This document shows positions 10,679 to 20,705 of a stretch of DNA of 64,000 nt, one piece after another (the first letter of the stretch is position 1; each line of letters starts with the position of its first letter). The position numbers were made by a program, and so were the translations under genes. Origin of the DNA: Leptospira sp. (GTDB lineage: Bacteria > Spirochaetota > Leptospiria > Leptospirales > Leptospiraceae); the NCBI GenBank assembly GCA_034439575.1, contig JAWXAQ010000016.1, positions 128,001-192,000 on the forward strand. Direction: 5' to 3'. The notes under the pieces were generated by a model. That model saw only the letters and a program-made list of their open reading frames with translations, was not told the DNA's origin and did no database searches.

Positions 10679-11906
10679 ACCGCTTCGTTTTTCTATTAGT
10701 TTTATAGATACTCCCTCGACCTGACACAAAATAGGCGACATAACAAGAAATAAAATGATAAATTCCCATTTCGATACCAAAAATTTCTATTCCCATAATT
10801 GTACTCGCAATCGGCGTATTAGTTGATCCAGCAAAAACAGAAACAAACCCAAGCGATGCCAAAAATGCTATGGATAATGGTAAAAAAATCGAAATACTGT
10901 TTCCTAAAGTGGCACCTATAAAAAACAAAGGAGTCACTTCCCCTCCTTTGAATCCTGAACCTAAAGTTATACTCGTCATTACGAGTTTAGTCAAAAAATC
11001 AAAATTGGGAATTTGTTCGACAAAGGATTTTTGTATATAGGCTACACCTAGACCCATAAACCTATCGTTAATGATTGTTTGAAAAGCAATAAGCAATACA
11101 ATACCACCTATCAAAGTACGAATATAAGGTGGAGATATGAATCCAAACATACTTTTGGTAAATTTTGATACACCAAAATAAGTTCTGGCACATAAACCAA
11201 AGACTATCCCTGCCAGCGAAATATAAAAAAAAGTAGTGAAGGTAAAGATGGGGATTTTGCCTGCTGAATAGAGACTGTGCTCTGCACCACATAACAAACA
11301 GACATAGTGCGCAATGTATGCGGCAAAAAGCGCAGGAAGAAATGCTCTCATCCGAATTTTTCCGATCAGTATCACTTCTAAAGAAAAAACGGCACCTGCC
11401 CAAGGTGTTCCAAAAACAGATGCAAAGCCAGCACTTACACCCATGATCAGAATTAATTTTCTCTCAATACCTTTCAATTGAAATGTGTTCGCTATACGTT
11501 CAGATATTCCACCACCCATTTGAATGGCTGTGCCTTCCCTGCCAGCAGAGCCGCCAACGAGATGTGTGAGCAAAGTGGAAACATAAATCATAGGAACCAT
11601 GCGAAACGGTATGGGATTTTTTTCCGCTTGGATTTCTTCAAAGATCAAATCATTTCCGCTACTAACTTGTTTGCCATATTTATGATAAAAATACCCAATC
11701 ATAAATCCTACTACTGGAAGTAAAAAAACCATTTCGGGAAATCCCAAACGAATGTTCGTTATATGATCTAGGGAAATAAGAAAAAATGCATTTGTAATGC
11801 CGATGGTTATCCCTGTAATGATTGCAAATAATAAGATACGAAATATTGAGCGCAAACTAACATGAATTCCATTTATTAAATTTACATTTTTTTTTATTTT
11901 GCCCAT
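10671..11906 (-). CDS. CLC-family transporter, CLC-F (fluoride/H+ antiporter) subtype
   Basis: GNDLI, GREGT and GEVTP motifs match the CLC-F signatures (GNNLI/GREGT/GEVTP); many TM helices. Confidence 0.85.
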   Translation of the reverse strand: MGKIKKNVNLINGIHVSLRSIFRILLFAIITGITIGITNAFFLISLDHITNIRLGFPEMVFLLPVVGFMIGYFYHKYGKQVSSGNDLIFEEIQAEKNPIPFRMVPMIYVSTLLTHLVGGSAGREGTAIQMGGGISERIANTFQLKGIERKLILIMGVSAGFASVFGTPWAGAVFSLEVILIGKIRMRAFLPALFAAYIAHYVCLLCGAEHSLYSAGKIPIFTFTTFFYISLAGIVFGLCARTYFGVSKFTKSMFGFISPPYIRTLIGGIVLLIAFQTIINDRFMGLGVAYIQKSFVEQIPNFDFLTKLVMTSITLGSGFKGGEVTPLFFIGATLGNSISIFLPLSIAFLASLGFVSVFAGSTNTPIASTIMGIEIFGIEMGIYHFISCYVAYFVSGRGSIYKTNRKTKRFN

Positions 11907-12031
11907 TTTTTAAAAAAGACTCTGCATTCCATCTAAAAAAAATACAACTTAAAATCAAATTCATTCTTTTGATGCAAGACTCTTTGAAATTGTTCTATAT
12001 CACAAACTTTTGATATAAATTGTAGGTATTT

Positions 12032-14524
12032 ATGGAGTTTCCCGTACTAGAACAATTACAAGCGATCCTCCAATACCTTGCACATGAACCGATATGTGTT
12101 TTGGAATCGCCACCTGGTTCTGGAAAAACTACAGTTTTGCCTTTAGAAATTATGAAGGCAAAACTTTTTGGCGAAAAAAAAATTTTGATTTTGGAACCTA
12201 GACGTATCGCGGCAAAAAATGCTGCCAAAAGATTAAGTCAGATCAATAACTCAATCTTAGGTGAAGATATAGGCTATAGAATTCGATTTGATACAAAGGT
12301 CAAAAAAACGACTCGCATTGAAGTTGTGACAGATGGAATACTAACAAGGATATTATTGAAAGACCCATCCTTATCTGAATATGGACTGATCATTTTTGAT
12401 GAATTCCATGAAAGAAGTTTAGATTCCGATTTTTGTTTTGCACTCACAAAAAGGACACAAAGTTTATTTCGTTCTGATTTGCGAATTTTAATCATGTCTG
12501 CCACTTTAGATGGCATCAGTTTTAATAAATTAAATTCTGATATCAGGCCAATATTGGCACAAGGGAAAACATATCCTGTTAAAATTCATCATCAAGGAGA
12601 ATCGGAACGCAGACAAAGTATCCGTCTCGCCGAATTAATTCCCAAGGCCTTACAAAAACATGAGGGAGATGTTTTAGTATTTTTTTCAGGTATCGGCGAA
12701 ATCATGGAAGCCGAAAGAGAACTAAAAAAAAATTTGGGGGACAATCACCAAATATCCATTCATCGACTATACGGCGATATGACATTCGAAGAACAAGAAA
12801 ATGTTTTTTTAAAATCAAAATCTGGTATGAGAAAAGTGATACTTTCCACAAATATAGCCGAGTCCTCTGTCACGATTCCTAACGTACGTACGGTGATAGA
12901 TACTGGATTTTGCAAAAGGGCAATTTATGACGTCAATTCTGGATTGACAAAATTAGAAAAAAAAAGGATCAGTTTATCTTCCGCCAAACAAAGAGCAGGT
13001 AGATCTGGCAGAGAGGCAGAAGGAAATTGTTACAGACTTTGGAGTGAGGTAGAAGAGAAAAATTTTGTGACAGCTCATCCACCTGAAATATTAGAAACAG
13101 ATATTTCTAATCATATTCTATTATCAGAAATTTGGGGCGAAGACATCTCTACCTTGCCACTTATCGACTTACCGAAGTTAGGAATCATTGAAGAAACAAA
13201 AAAACTGTTAGTAGAACTTGGTGCTTTAACACCTGATTATAAAATTACTCCACTCGGAGAACAAGCCGCAGTTCTACCATTGCCACTGAGAATTTCAATT
13301 ATGTGCCTTAAACTCATTAATAATGGACACAGAGAATTTGGGATCGAACTGGCAGCCGTTTTTTCAGAAAGAAAAATCCTAATGGAATCAAATCAATTTA
13401 TGGATTTTACTTTCGTTTGGGAAAAATGGAACCAACAAAAAAGTAAAACTGCATACCAAAAGATCACACAAATACAAACCCAACTCAAATCAATGTTAAA
13501 TGAAAATCTAATTTCAAAAAACAATAATGAAGATACAAATGTACCAAGTCTTGGCCTTGCACTAAGTTTTGCCTATCCCGACAGAATCACTCGCGCAAGA
13601 GAAATTAATAGCAAAAGATATAAAATGTCCAATGGTAAAGGCGCCGTAATGAAGGACGAAGTAAATTTAAAATTTCCCGAATGGATTTTGATATTAGATA
13701 CCGACGGAGCTGAACCCGAAGCAAAAATTCTTTTTTATGTACCTTTGTTAGAAAAAGAAATTTTTTCTTCTTATGCAAATAAAATCAAAATCATCCCCTC
13801 AGCTGAAATTGATACTGATGAAAAAAATAAGGTTGTTTTGAGATCATTCGCTGAATATAAACTAGGTGAAGTAATCATAAAACGATCCAGTTCAAATAGT
13901 AAAGATCAAAATTTCATTAGTGAAACTATTTATTCTTATTTTTCGAAATTTGGCTTCCTCCAAATTTTTGAAAAAAATGAGTTCGCAAATGAACTATTAA
14001 CGCGCATTAAGCTACTTTCTAAATCTGGATTCAAAATAGATCCACCAAGCGAAGAATCTTTGTTAGCAGATTGGAAAAATTGGCTACTTCCTTCCTTTGA
14101 CCTGAACAAAACTAATATAGTATTGAATGATTTAAACCCTGTTGAATGTTTGAATTCACTCTACTCTTATGCAGAAAAAGAATTAATCCAAAAAGAAACA
14201 CCCACGCATTTTATAGTACCGAGCGGTTCAAAAATTAAAATTGATTATTCAAATCCCAGCGGACCTTTCCTTTCTGTGAAACTGCAAGAATTATTTGGAC
14301 TTAAAGAATCACCAAAAATTGTAGGTGGGAAAATTGCACTCACCTTACATTTATTATCCCCCGCAGGTCGCCCTGTACAAGTCACTTCCGATTTAAAAAA
14401 TTTTTGGGACTCAACATACCATGAGGTAAAAAAAGAATTAAAAGGTCGGTATCCAAGGCACCCTTGGCCTGATTCACCATGGGAAGCTATTGCTAGTAAA
14501 GGAATCAAAAAGAAGTCCTTATAA
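12032..14524 (+). CDS. hrpB: ATP-dependent RNA helicase HrpB
   Basis: PPGSGKTT, LEPRRIAA, DEFHERS, MSATL, TNIAESSVTI, QRAGRSGR; C-terminal LLSPAGRPVQVT.DL..FW...Y..VKKELKGRYPRHPWP. Confidence 0.95.
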   Translation: MEFPVLEQLQAILQYLAHEPICVLESPPGSGKTTVLPLEIMKAKLFGEKKILILEPRRIAAKNAAKRLSQINNSILGEDIGYRIRFDTKVKKTTRIEVVTDGILTRILLKDPSLSEYGLIIFDEFHERSLDSDFCFALTKRTQSLFRSDLRILIMSATLDGISFNKLNSDIRPILAQGKTYPVKIHHQGESERRQSIRLAELIPKALQKHEGDVLVFFSGIGEIMEAERELKKNLGDNHQISIHRLYGDMTFEEQENVFLKSKSGMRKVILSTNIAESSVTIPNVRTVIDTGFCKRAIYDVNSGLTKLEKKRISLSSAKQRAGRSGREAEGNCYRLWSEVEEKNFVTAHPPEILETDISNHILLSEIWGEDISTLPLIDLPKLGIIEETKKLLVELGALTPDYKITPLGEQAAVLPLPLRISIMCLKLINNGHREFGIELAAVFSERKILMESNQFMDFTFVWEKWNQQKSKTAYQKITQIQTQLKSMLNENLISKNNNEDTNVPSLGLALSFAYPDRITRAREINSKRYKMSNGKGAVMKDEVNLKFPEWILILDTDGAEPEAKILFYVPLLEKEIFSSYANKIKIIPSAEIDTDEKNKVVLRSFAEYKLGEVIIKRSSSNSKDQNFISETIYSYFSKFGFLQIFEKNEFANELLTRIKLLSKSGFKIDPPSEESLLADWKNWLLPSFDLNKTNIVLNDLNPVECLNSLYSYAEKELIQKETPTHFIVPSGSKIKIDYSNPSGPFLSVKLQELFGLKESPKIVGGKIALTLHLLSPAGRPVQVTSDLKNFWDSTYHEVKKELKGRYPRHPWPDSPWEAIASKGIKKKSL

Positions 14525-15046
14525 CAGACGTTCGTAGAGAGTAGTCCATCCTCTTTGATTGACCGAAAATTTATTTTTGCAATTTGGACAGGAATGATCG
14601 CCTATTTTTTGGACTTTTAATTTTTGAGAACATGCGGGACAAGAAACCAATATGTCATCTTTTCTGGATGTCGGATTTTTTATTTCCAGTTTTGGTTCTG
14701 TGTTGCTCTCATTGGCGGGAACTGAAGGAATCCCCTGGGATTCCAGAAAAAGTTTTGCATCTTTGGCATTTGTAAATTGGGGGAAAAGATCCAAGATATT
14801 TTGCTTCTGAAATTCTTGATTGAGTGCACTGGGCAATCCAGTGAGAGCCAATTTCGAAGCCGTTTCTCCCAATCTTTTGGCAATTTTATGAAAATACATG
14901 GCACCGACTTCGTCTGCCGATACCAGAAGCGAACAATCTAAGCAAAATAAAGTCGGAGATTGACTCTGTTCTTTAATTTTTAAATAAAGTTCAGATCCCA
15001 TTTCGGCAGAAAGTGACCCTGAGAGATGAATTAGGAGAGAATCCAA
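14519..15046 (-). CDS. STAS-domain protein with C-terminal zinc ribbon
   Basis: LIHLSGSLS, LDCSLLVSADEVG, KLALTGL (STAS); CPAC...CPNC. Confidence 0.7.
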   Translation of the reverse strand: MDSLLIHLSGSLSAEMGSELYLKIKEQSQSPTLFCLDCSLLVSADEVGAMYFHKIAKRLGETASKLALTGLPSALNQEFQKQNILDLFPQFTNAKDAKLFLESQGIPSVPANESNTEPKLEIKNPTSRKDDILVSCPACSQKLKVQKIGDHSCPNCKNKFSVNQRGWTTLYERLL

Positions 15047-15129
15047 AAATGCTTTTTCCTCTTTTCTGATCTTCGGAATGGATTCTGTATTTACAAGGAA
15101 TTTTGCACAATTTACACTATTTCCTAGAT

Positions 15130-17028
15130 ATGAATTCCATCCCGCGCCGTTACTGGGTTTTCCCCGTTGACATCATTTTCATGATTTTGTCCTACTTTCT
15201 CGCACATATTGTCAGGTTTGAAAGTTTTAGTTTTTTGGAAAACCGAGAGGTCTTTTTCACCTGCCTTGGAATCGTCGTTGTGACTCGCTCCATCGTATTC
15301 TTATATTCTGGAATTTATAAATCACTTTGGTCTTATGCAAGTATCCATGATTTATTGGAAATAATCAAAGCGACTCTGCTTTCATCTCTTGTTTCAACAA
15401 TAGCCATTCTCTTTTATAATCGTTTTTCGCAACTCTCAAGAATGGTACCAATGCTTGATACCTTATTCCTGTTAGGTTTTTTATGCCTAAGGAGTTTGGG
15501 ATGGCGGATGTTACGTGACCAATTATTTCAACCAAATGCCAAACATGGAACTCCCATCCTTCTTGTCGGTGCAGGGAAGTTAGGTGCCACTTTTTTATCA
15601 GAAATTCGCAGGCATACAGAATTAGATCTTAATGCCGTGGGATTTTTGGATGACAATACTTCAAAAATCGGAGGTTACATTCAAGGCGTACCCATATTAG
15701 GTGATACTGCCTCCGCAGAAGAAATCATATTTAAATTTGGGATTAAAAAAGTAATTATGACAGCTACCCAACCTGATGGGCGTGTGGTGAGCCAATTGAT
15801 GAAAACTTGCGAATCTGCCGGTGTTGATTTTAAAATTTTACCATCCTTTAGTGAATATTTTTTAGACAAACCAAAGATCAACCAACTCCGAGAAGTCCAA
15901 GTCGAAGACTTACTCGGTCGACCCACAGTAGATTTAGAAATAGATCAAATCAGATCTTACTTGGAAGGAAAAGATATTTTAGTCACGGGAGCCGGTGGAT
16001 CTATTGGCTCAGAAATATGTCGTCAAGTCGCTCTCTTCAAACCGAGATCCTTAATTTTGTTAGACGCCGCAGAAACACCGTTATATGAAATCGATTACGA
16101 GTTAAGAAAAAACTATGCTTTACTCCCGATTCAGTTTCGTTCCGTTGTTGCTGATGTAAAAAATCTTTCGCGATTATCGGCTGTATTTGAAGAATTTAGA
16201 CCCAGCGTCGTTTTTCACTCAGCGGCTTACAAACACGTTCCTATGATGGAGATCAATCCTTCAGAAGCTGTGTTAAATAATGTACTAGGAACAAAAAACG
16301 TAGCAGATGTTTGTCGGCTAAATGGTGTAGACCGATTTGTCCTTATCTCCACAGACAAAGCAGTCAATCCAGTCAATGTTATGGGTGTATCCAAACGTGC
16401 GGCTGAAATTTATTTACAACATATTTCACAAAACTCACGCACAAAATTCATTACCGTCCGTTTCGGGAACGTGCTCGGTTCGAATGGAAGTGTGATTCCA
16501 AGATTTCGGGAACAAATCAAACGCGGTGGACCCATTACCGTGACGCACCCCGATGTGATTCGTTATTTTATGACGATCCCAGAAGCCACGCAATTAGTAT
16601 TGCAAGCAGGCTCAATGGGCGAACACGGGGAAATATTTATTTTGGATATGGGAGAACCAGTTAAAATATTGACTCTTGCAGAAGAGATGATCCGCCTTTC
16701 TGGATACACTCCGCACAAAGACATTAAAATTGAATTTACAGGCCTCAGACCTGGTGAAAAACTTTTCGAAGAACTTATGTTAGATGAAGAGGGGATTAAA
16801 AAGACCCACCATCCAAAAATTCGTATTGCCGCTCCTCTAGAGTCTTATAATTTACTTCTCTTTCAAAATAAATTAAACAAACTTTTTTCCCTTGCAAAAG
16901 CAAATAAGACAAAGAAATTTTCTTTGCCTTTAAAGACATCATTCCTGAATATAAAATTCACGAAGAATACCTTGCATGGGAATCTAAAGCCGGGAAAAAA
17001 ATGTTATGAGCCAGACCCTTACTCCTGA
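15130..17028 (+). CDS. Membrane-anchored nucleoside-diphosphate-sugar 4,6-dehydratase (CapD/PglF family); C-terminus apparently frameshifted at about 16912
   Basis: 4 TM helices, VGAG, EDLLGR, VTGAGGSIGSE, HSAAYKHVP, ISTDKAVNP, VRFGNVLGS.GSVIP, RYFMTIPEA, GLRPGEKL; the conserved IIPEY tail lies in another frame ending at 17009. Confidence 0.9.
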   Translation: MNSIPRRYWVFPVDIIFMILSYFLAHIVRFESFSFLENREVFFTCLGIVVVTRSIVFLYSGIYKSLWSYASIHDLLEIIKATLLSSLVSTIAILFYNRFSQLSRMVPMLDTLFLLGFLCLRSLGWRMLRDQLFQPNAKHGTPILLVGAGKLGATFLSEIRRHTELDLNAVGFLDDNTSKIGGYIQGVPILGDTASAEEIIFKFGIKKVIMTATQPDGRVVSQLMKTCESAGVDFKILPSFSEYFLDKPKINQLREVQVEDLLGRPTVDLEIDQIRSYLEGKDILVTGAGGSIGSEICRQVALFKPRSLILLDAAETPLYEIDYELRKNYALLPIQFRSVVADVKNLSRLSAVFEEFRPSVVFHSAAYKHVPMMEINPSEAVLNNVLGTKNVADVCRLNGVDRFVLISTDKAVNPVNVMGVSKRAAEIYLQHISQNSRTKFITVRFGNVLGSNGSVIPRFREQIKRGGPITVTHPDVIRYFMTIPEATQLVLQAGSMGEHGEIFILDMGEPVKILTLAEEMIRLSGYTPHKDIKIEFTGLRPGEKLFEELMLDEEGIKKTHHPKIRIAAPLESYNLLLFQNKLNKLFSLAKANKTKKFSLPLKTSFLNIKFTKNTLHGNLKPGKKCYEPDPYS

Positions 17029-17482
17029 TGAGATAACCACTCTACGCGAATTCAAACGACAATTATTCAATTTGTATTGGGAAAAGTTTGGGGTTTTTTA
17101 TATTCATGTGATGCCCCATCCAAAATTAGAAATTGGAAAACGAGGACTCTTAAATGCGGAAAAGGAATCTGGCATTGTTTTAGTATTTGGGGACAAGGCA
17201 GTCAAAATCATTGATAGTCATGCGGATTATATTTTCGCCGAACTTCAATTTGGTTCTACATGGGAACCTACGATCATTCCTTGGGATGCCGTATTTCGCA
17301 TTTATGATAAATTTCAAAATTCCGCATCCCAATTACGATTTTTGCAATTGGATAGTGGACTCGATTCAGTTCCAACCAAACCTACTAAAAATACAGACAA
17401 ACCAGAGCCCTCGTCTAAGCCTGATTATTCGGAAGAAGGCAATGTGATACGCGTGGACTTCGGAGGGAAAAAAAGCGAATGA
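17006..17482 (+). CDS. SspB-like ClpXP adaptor (stringent starvation protein B family)
   Basis: IVLVFG...AELQFG...IIPWDAVFRIYD core, flexible linker, C-terminal GNVIRVDFGGKK. Confidence 0.65.
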   Translation: MSQTLTPDEITTLREFKRQLFNLYWEKFGVFYIHVMPHPKLEIGKRGLLNAEKESGIVLVFGDKAVKIIDSHADYIFAELQFGSTWEPTIIPWDAVFRIYDKFQNSASQLRFLQLDSGLDSVPTKPTKNTDKPEPSSKPDYSEEGNVIRVDFGGKKSE

Positions 17483-19080
17483 AATACTTTAGCATCAGTC
17501 GTGGTGACATTGACGGATTTTTCGGCCTTATGGTTGATAATCTCATCCAACTCTTAGTTCTTACAGCTTTATGCACAACTCTTTGTGGGTTTCCACTAGC
17601 CTTTGTTACATCCGTTGTATTGCCAGGAGCCGCGGTATCGCTTCTCTTTGGAAATTTATTTTATTCCTGGCAGGCCTACCAATTGGGCAAAAGGACAAAC
17701 CGAACAGACGTTACAGCTCTTCCTTATGGTATCAATACTGTATCTCTTTTTGCTTTTGTATTTTTTGTGATGTTTCCTGTCTACCAAGCAACTAACGATT
17801 ATAAGGCGTCATGGAAAGCAGGTTTACTTGCCTCTTTTATTTCAGGACTGATAGAACTTTTTGGATCATTTGTCGCAGAAAAGATTCGTAAATCCACCCC
17901 GAGAGCCGCTTTACTTTCTGCTCTTGCTGGTATTGCCATTACTTTTATTTCTATGGACTTTTTACTAAAAACCTTCGAACATCCATTAGTTGCTTTTATC
18001 CCACTTGGCATCATTCTTTTACAATATTTTGGTAAGGTCAAATTCCCACTGGGTATTCCTGGTGGTCTACTTTCCATACTCTTTGGAATCGCCCTTGCGT
18101 TTTTGTCAAAATTTATAGGTGATCCAATCTTCCAAGAAGGTGCCTTTCAAAAAGGAGCCGCCACTGTGGGAATTTATTTCCCAAAATTGGCACTATTTGA
18201 TCTCTTTGATGTATTAAATTTTGCGAATATAAAAGCTTATATGGCTGTCATATTGCCTATGGGAATTTTTAATGTGATCGGCTCTTTACAAAATATTGAA
18301 TCAGCCGAGGCTTCGGGTGATCATTTTGATACAAAATCATCGCTTCTTGTGAATGGTGCAGGCACATTGCTTGGAACTCTTTTTGGCTCACCCTTTCCGA
18401 CGACGATCTATATCGGACACCCTGGCTGGAAAGGTCTCGGTGCCAAACACGGTTATTCGGTGTTAAACGGTATTTTTATGAGTGTTATATGCTTTCTCGG
18501 GCTCATGGGTCTTTTGCAGGCGATAGTACCCGTTGAGGCTGGCATGGCCATTGTACTTTGGATAGGGATAGTTATTGCCGCGCAAGCTTTCCAAGCCACA
18601 CCAAAAAATCACGCACCCGCTGTGGTTGTCGGCCTCTTACCAGCATTAGCTGGCTGGGCTGTGTTAATCTTTCAAAATGTGTTTTTATACTTAGATAGAA
18701 ATTTGCAATCCGTATTGGCAGATGCTGGCGTAAAAACCGAGCATCACTTTTATTTATCAGATATAAATATCCATGCTCCCTTTTTACCATATGCGATGGC
18801 CGGGGTGCTTTCCCTTTCCCAAGGTTTTCTATTGTCTTCTATGGTATGGTCGGCAATCATCGTTTATTTATTAGAAAGAGAGTTTTTAAAATCGGCAATT
18901 TGGGCAATGGTGGGTGCAGGCCTTGCAAGTTTGGGATGGATCCATGCGTACAAATTATCCGGAAATGCGATCTTGAATGAATTTTCCCTTTTTTCCAATT
19001 GGCAATTCCCATTGGCATATTTATTACTCGGAATCCTATTTTTAGCTACACACCGATTGGCCAAAAAAGAACCAAACTGA
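17479..19080 (+). CDS. NCS2-family nucleobase permease
   Basis: GDIDGFFGL..DNL, TALPYGINT, ESAEASGD, PFPTTIYIGHPGWK; about 13 TM helices. Confidence 0.8.
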   Translation: MKYFSISRGDIDGFFGLMVDNLIQLLVLTALCTTLCGFPLAFVTSVVLPGAAVSLLFGNLFYSWQAYQLGKRTNRTDVTALPYGINTVSLFAFVFFVMFPVYQATNDYKASWKAGLLASFISGLIELFGSFVAEKIRKSTPRAALLSALAGIAITFISMDFLLKTFEHPLVAFIPLGIILLQYFGKVKFPLGIPGGLLSILFGIALAFLSKFIGDPIFQEGAFQKGAATVGIYFPKLALFDLFDVLNFANIKAYMAVILPMGIFNVIGSLQNIESAEASGDHFDTKSSLLVNGAGTLLGTLFGSPFPTTIYIGHPGWKGLGAKHGYSVLNGIFMSVICFLGLMGLLQAIVPVEAGMAIVLWIGIVIAAQAFQATPKNHAPAVVVGLLPALAGWAVLIFQNVFLYLDRNLQSVLADAGVKTEHHFYLSDINIHAPFLPYAMAGVLSLSQGFLLSSMVWSAIIVYLLEREFLKSAIWAMVGAGLASLGWIHAYKLSGNAILNEFSLFSNWQFPLAYLLLGILFLATHRLAKKEPN

Positions 19081-19096
19081 TTCCTTACAAAAAGAC

Positions 19097-19125
19097 TTGT
19101 AAATAATGTTCGCTATAGGTATAAA
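19097..19125 (+). promoter_or_regulatory. Putative sigma70 promoter for htpX
   Basis: TTGTAA-N17-TATAAA upstream of RBS TAAGGAG and the htpX ATG. Confidence 0.4.
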
Positions 19126-19192
19126 TATTTTTGTCTAATGATTAGCGTCAGGTATTTTCGAATACAAGACCAATAAGGAGAACAAAGCTTCT

Positions 19193-20083
19193 ATGACCTG
19201 GATCAAACGAATCGGTTTTTTCCTACTTACAAATATACTCGTGATGACCACTGTGTCGATCGTGACAAGCGTGCTCGGATACTTCGGTTTCGGCATCCAA
19301 GCGTTTGGTGTTAATCTCACACAATTAGTTGTCTTCTGCTTAGTATGGGGTATGGCGGGTTCATTCGTATCCCTTCTAATCTCTAAATACATGGCAAAGT
19401 GGACAATGGGTGTGAAAACCATAGATCCGAAAAATGCTTCTAGTTCAGAGATGGAGATTTATAGAAAAGTCCAATCTCTCGCACAAAGAGCACATCTACC
19501 TATGCCAGAAGTTGGAATTTATGAATCGCCAGAGGTCAATGCGTTTGCAACTGGACCTAGCAAATCAAGCTCTCTTGTAGCTGTTTCCACTGGACTACTA
19601 ACGCGCATGAATTCTCAAGAATTGGAAGGAGTATTGGCCCACGAACTTTCCCACATTGCCAATGGTGATATGGTGACGCTTACTTTAATTCAAGGTGTCG
19701 TTAACTCATTCGCAATGTTTTTCTCGAGAATCATTGCCATGCTTGTTGCGAATGCGGTTAAAGAAGAGATGGCGCATATCGTACGTTTTGTGGTGACGAT
19801 AGTTCTTGATATCGCATTTTCTATCCTTGGATCTATGGCAGTTGCTTTCTTTTCAAGAAAAAGAGAATTCCGTGCAGATGCAGGAGCTGCAAAACTGGCA
19901 GGTCGCGAGTCTATGGTTGCTGCATTAGAAAGCCTTCGTAAACTTGTGGACCAACCTGAAGACGAACGAGGAGCCGCTCTTGCTTCCTTAAAAATCTCAT
20001 CCAACAAAGGTGGATTTGTTTCTCTTTTCGCAACTCACCCTCCATTGGAAGAAAGAATACTCGCTTTAAAAAATTTGAGATAA
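19193..20083 (+). CDS. htpX: Zinc metalloprotease HtpX
   Basis: NAFATG, GVLAHELSHIANGDMVT, SRKREFRADA, FATHPPLEERI. Confidence 0.95.
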   Translation: MTWIKRIGFFLLTNILVMTTVSIVTSVLGYFGFGIQAFGVNLTQLVVFCLVWGMAGSFVSLLISKYMAKWTMGVKTIDPKNASSSEMEIYRKVQSLAQRAHLPMPEVGIYESPEVNAFATGPSKSSSLVAVSTGLLTRMNSQELEGVLAHELSHIANGDMVTLTLIQGVVNSFAMFFSRIIAMLVANAVKEEMAHIVRFVVTIVLDIAFSILGSMAVAFFSRKREFRADAGAAKLAGRESMVAALESLRKLVDQPEDERGAALASLKISSNKGGFVSLFATHPPLEERILALKNLR

Positions 20084-20106
20084 ATTTCTCTGCACTTTTA
20101 AAGCCT

Positions 20107-20135
20107 AAAAGGTCGGCAATCGCCGGCCTTTTTTT
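20107..20135 (+). terminator. Rho-independent terminator after htpX
   Basis: AAAAGGTCGGC-AATC-GCCGGCCTTTTTTT hairpin with U-tract. Confidence 0.8.
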
Positions 20136-20171
20136 ATTGTCACGAGGATGAGTTGGAATTTCACTTTCTAT

Positions 20172-20705
20172 ATGTCCATCGTTAAGTCAAAAATTCGAAC
20201 CATTCCAGATTACCCAAAACCAGGGATTCTCTTTCGTGACATTACTTCCTTATTAATAGATCCAGAAGGATTTCGCCTCACCATAGGCATGTTTGTCGAA
20301 CGCTACCAAAATGAAAAAATCCAAAAAATTGCCGCCATTGATGCGAGAGGATTTATTACTGGGGCTGCTCTTGCGTTTCAACTCGGCGTTGGTTTTGTTC
20401 CCATTCGTAAAAAAGGAAAACTACCAGGTCAGACTATTTCTCAAACATATGCTCTCGAATACGGTGAAGACCAAGTAGAGATCCATGTGGATTCCATACA
20501 AGCTGGCGAAAAAGTATTGATTATGGATGATTTGGTCGCGACAGGTGGTACATTAGAAGCATCCATTCAACTCATTCAAAAGTTGCATGGTAAAGTTCAT
20601 GAATGTGCAACAATTATCGACTTACCAGATCTAGGTGGCGCAAAAAGAATTAAAGAAAAATATGGGATTAATATTTATTCTATTTGTGAATTTGAAGGTC
20701 ACTGA
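20172..20705 (+). CDS. apt: Adenine phosphoribosyltransferase
   Basis: [38 protein letters not shown] motif [14 protein letters not shown] 20172 chosen; track starts at 20148. Confidence 0.95.
   Translation: MSIVKSKIRTIPDYPKPGILFRDITSLLIDPEGFRLTIGMFVERYQNEKIQKIAAIDARGFITGAALAFQLGVGFVPIRKKGKLPGQTISQTYALEYGEDQVEIHVDSIQAGEKVLIMDDLVATGGTLEASIQLIQKLHGKVHECATIIDLPDLGGAKRIKEKYGINIYSICEFEGH

Noticed and set aside
11887..11895. A9 tract near the start of the CLC gene as a phase-variation site
   Set aside because: The frame is intact and A/T runs are frequent in this AT-rich sequence.
11907..12031. Fluoride riboswitch upstream of the CLC-F gene
   Set aside because: A GATGG is present on the minus strand, but I could not build the conserved stem/pseudoknot or find the CTGATG-like element.
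19135..19170. CIRCE heat-shock operator before htpX
   Set aside because: TTAGCGTCA only loosely resembles TTAGCACTC, and the second arm is missing.
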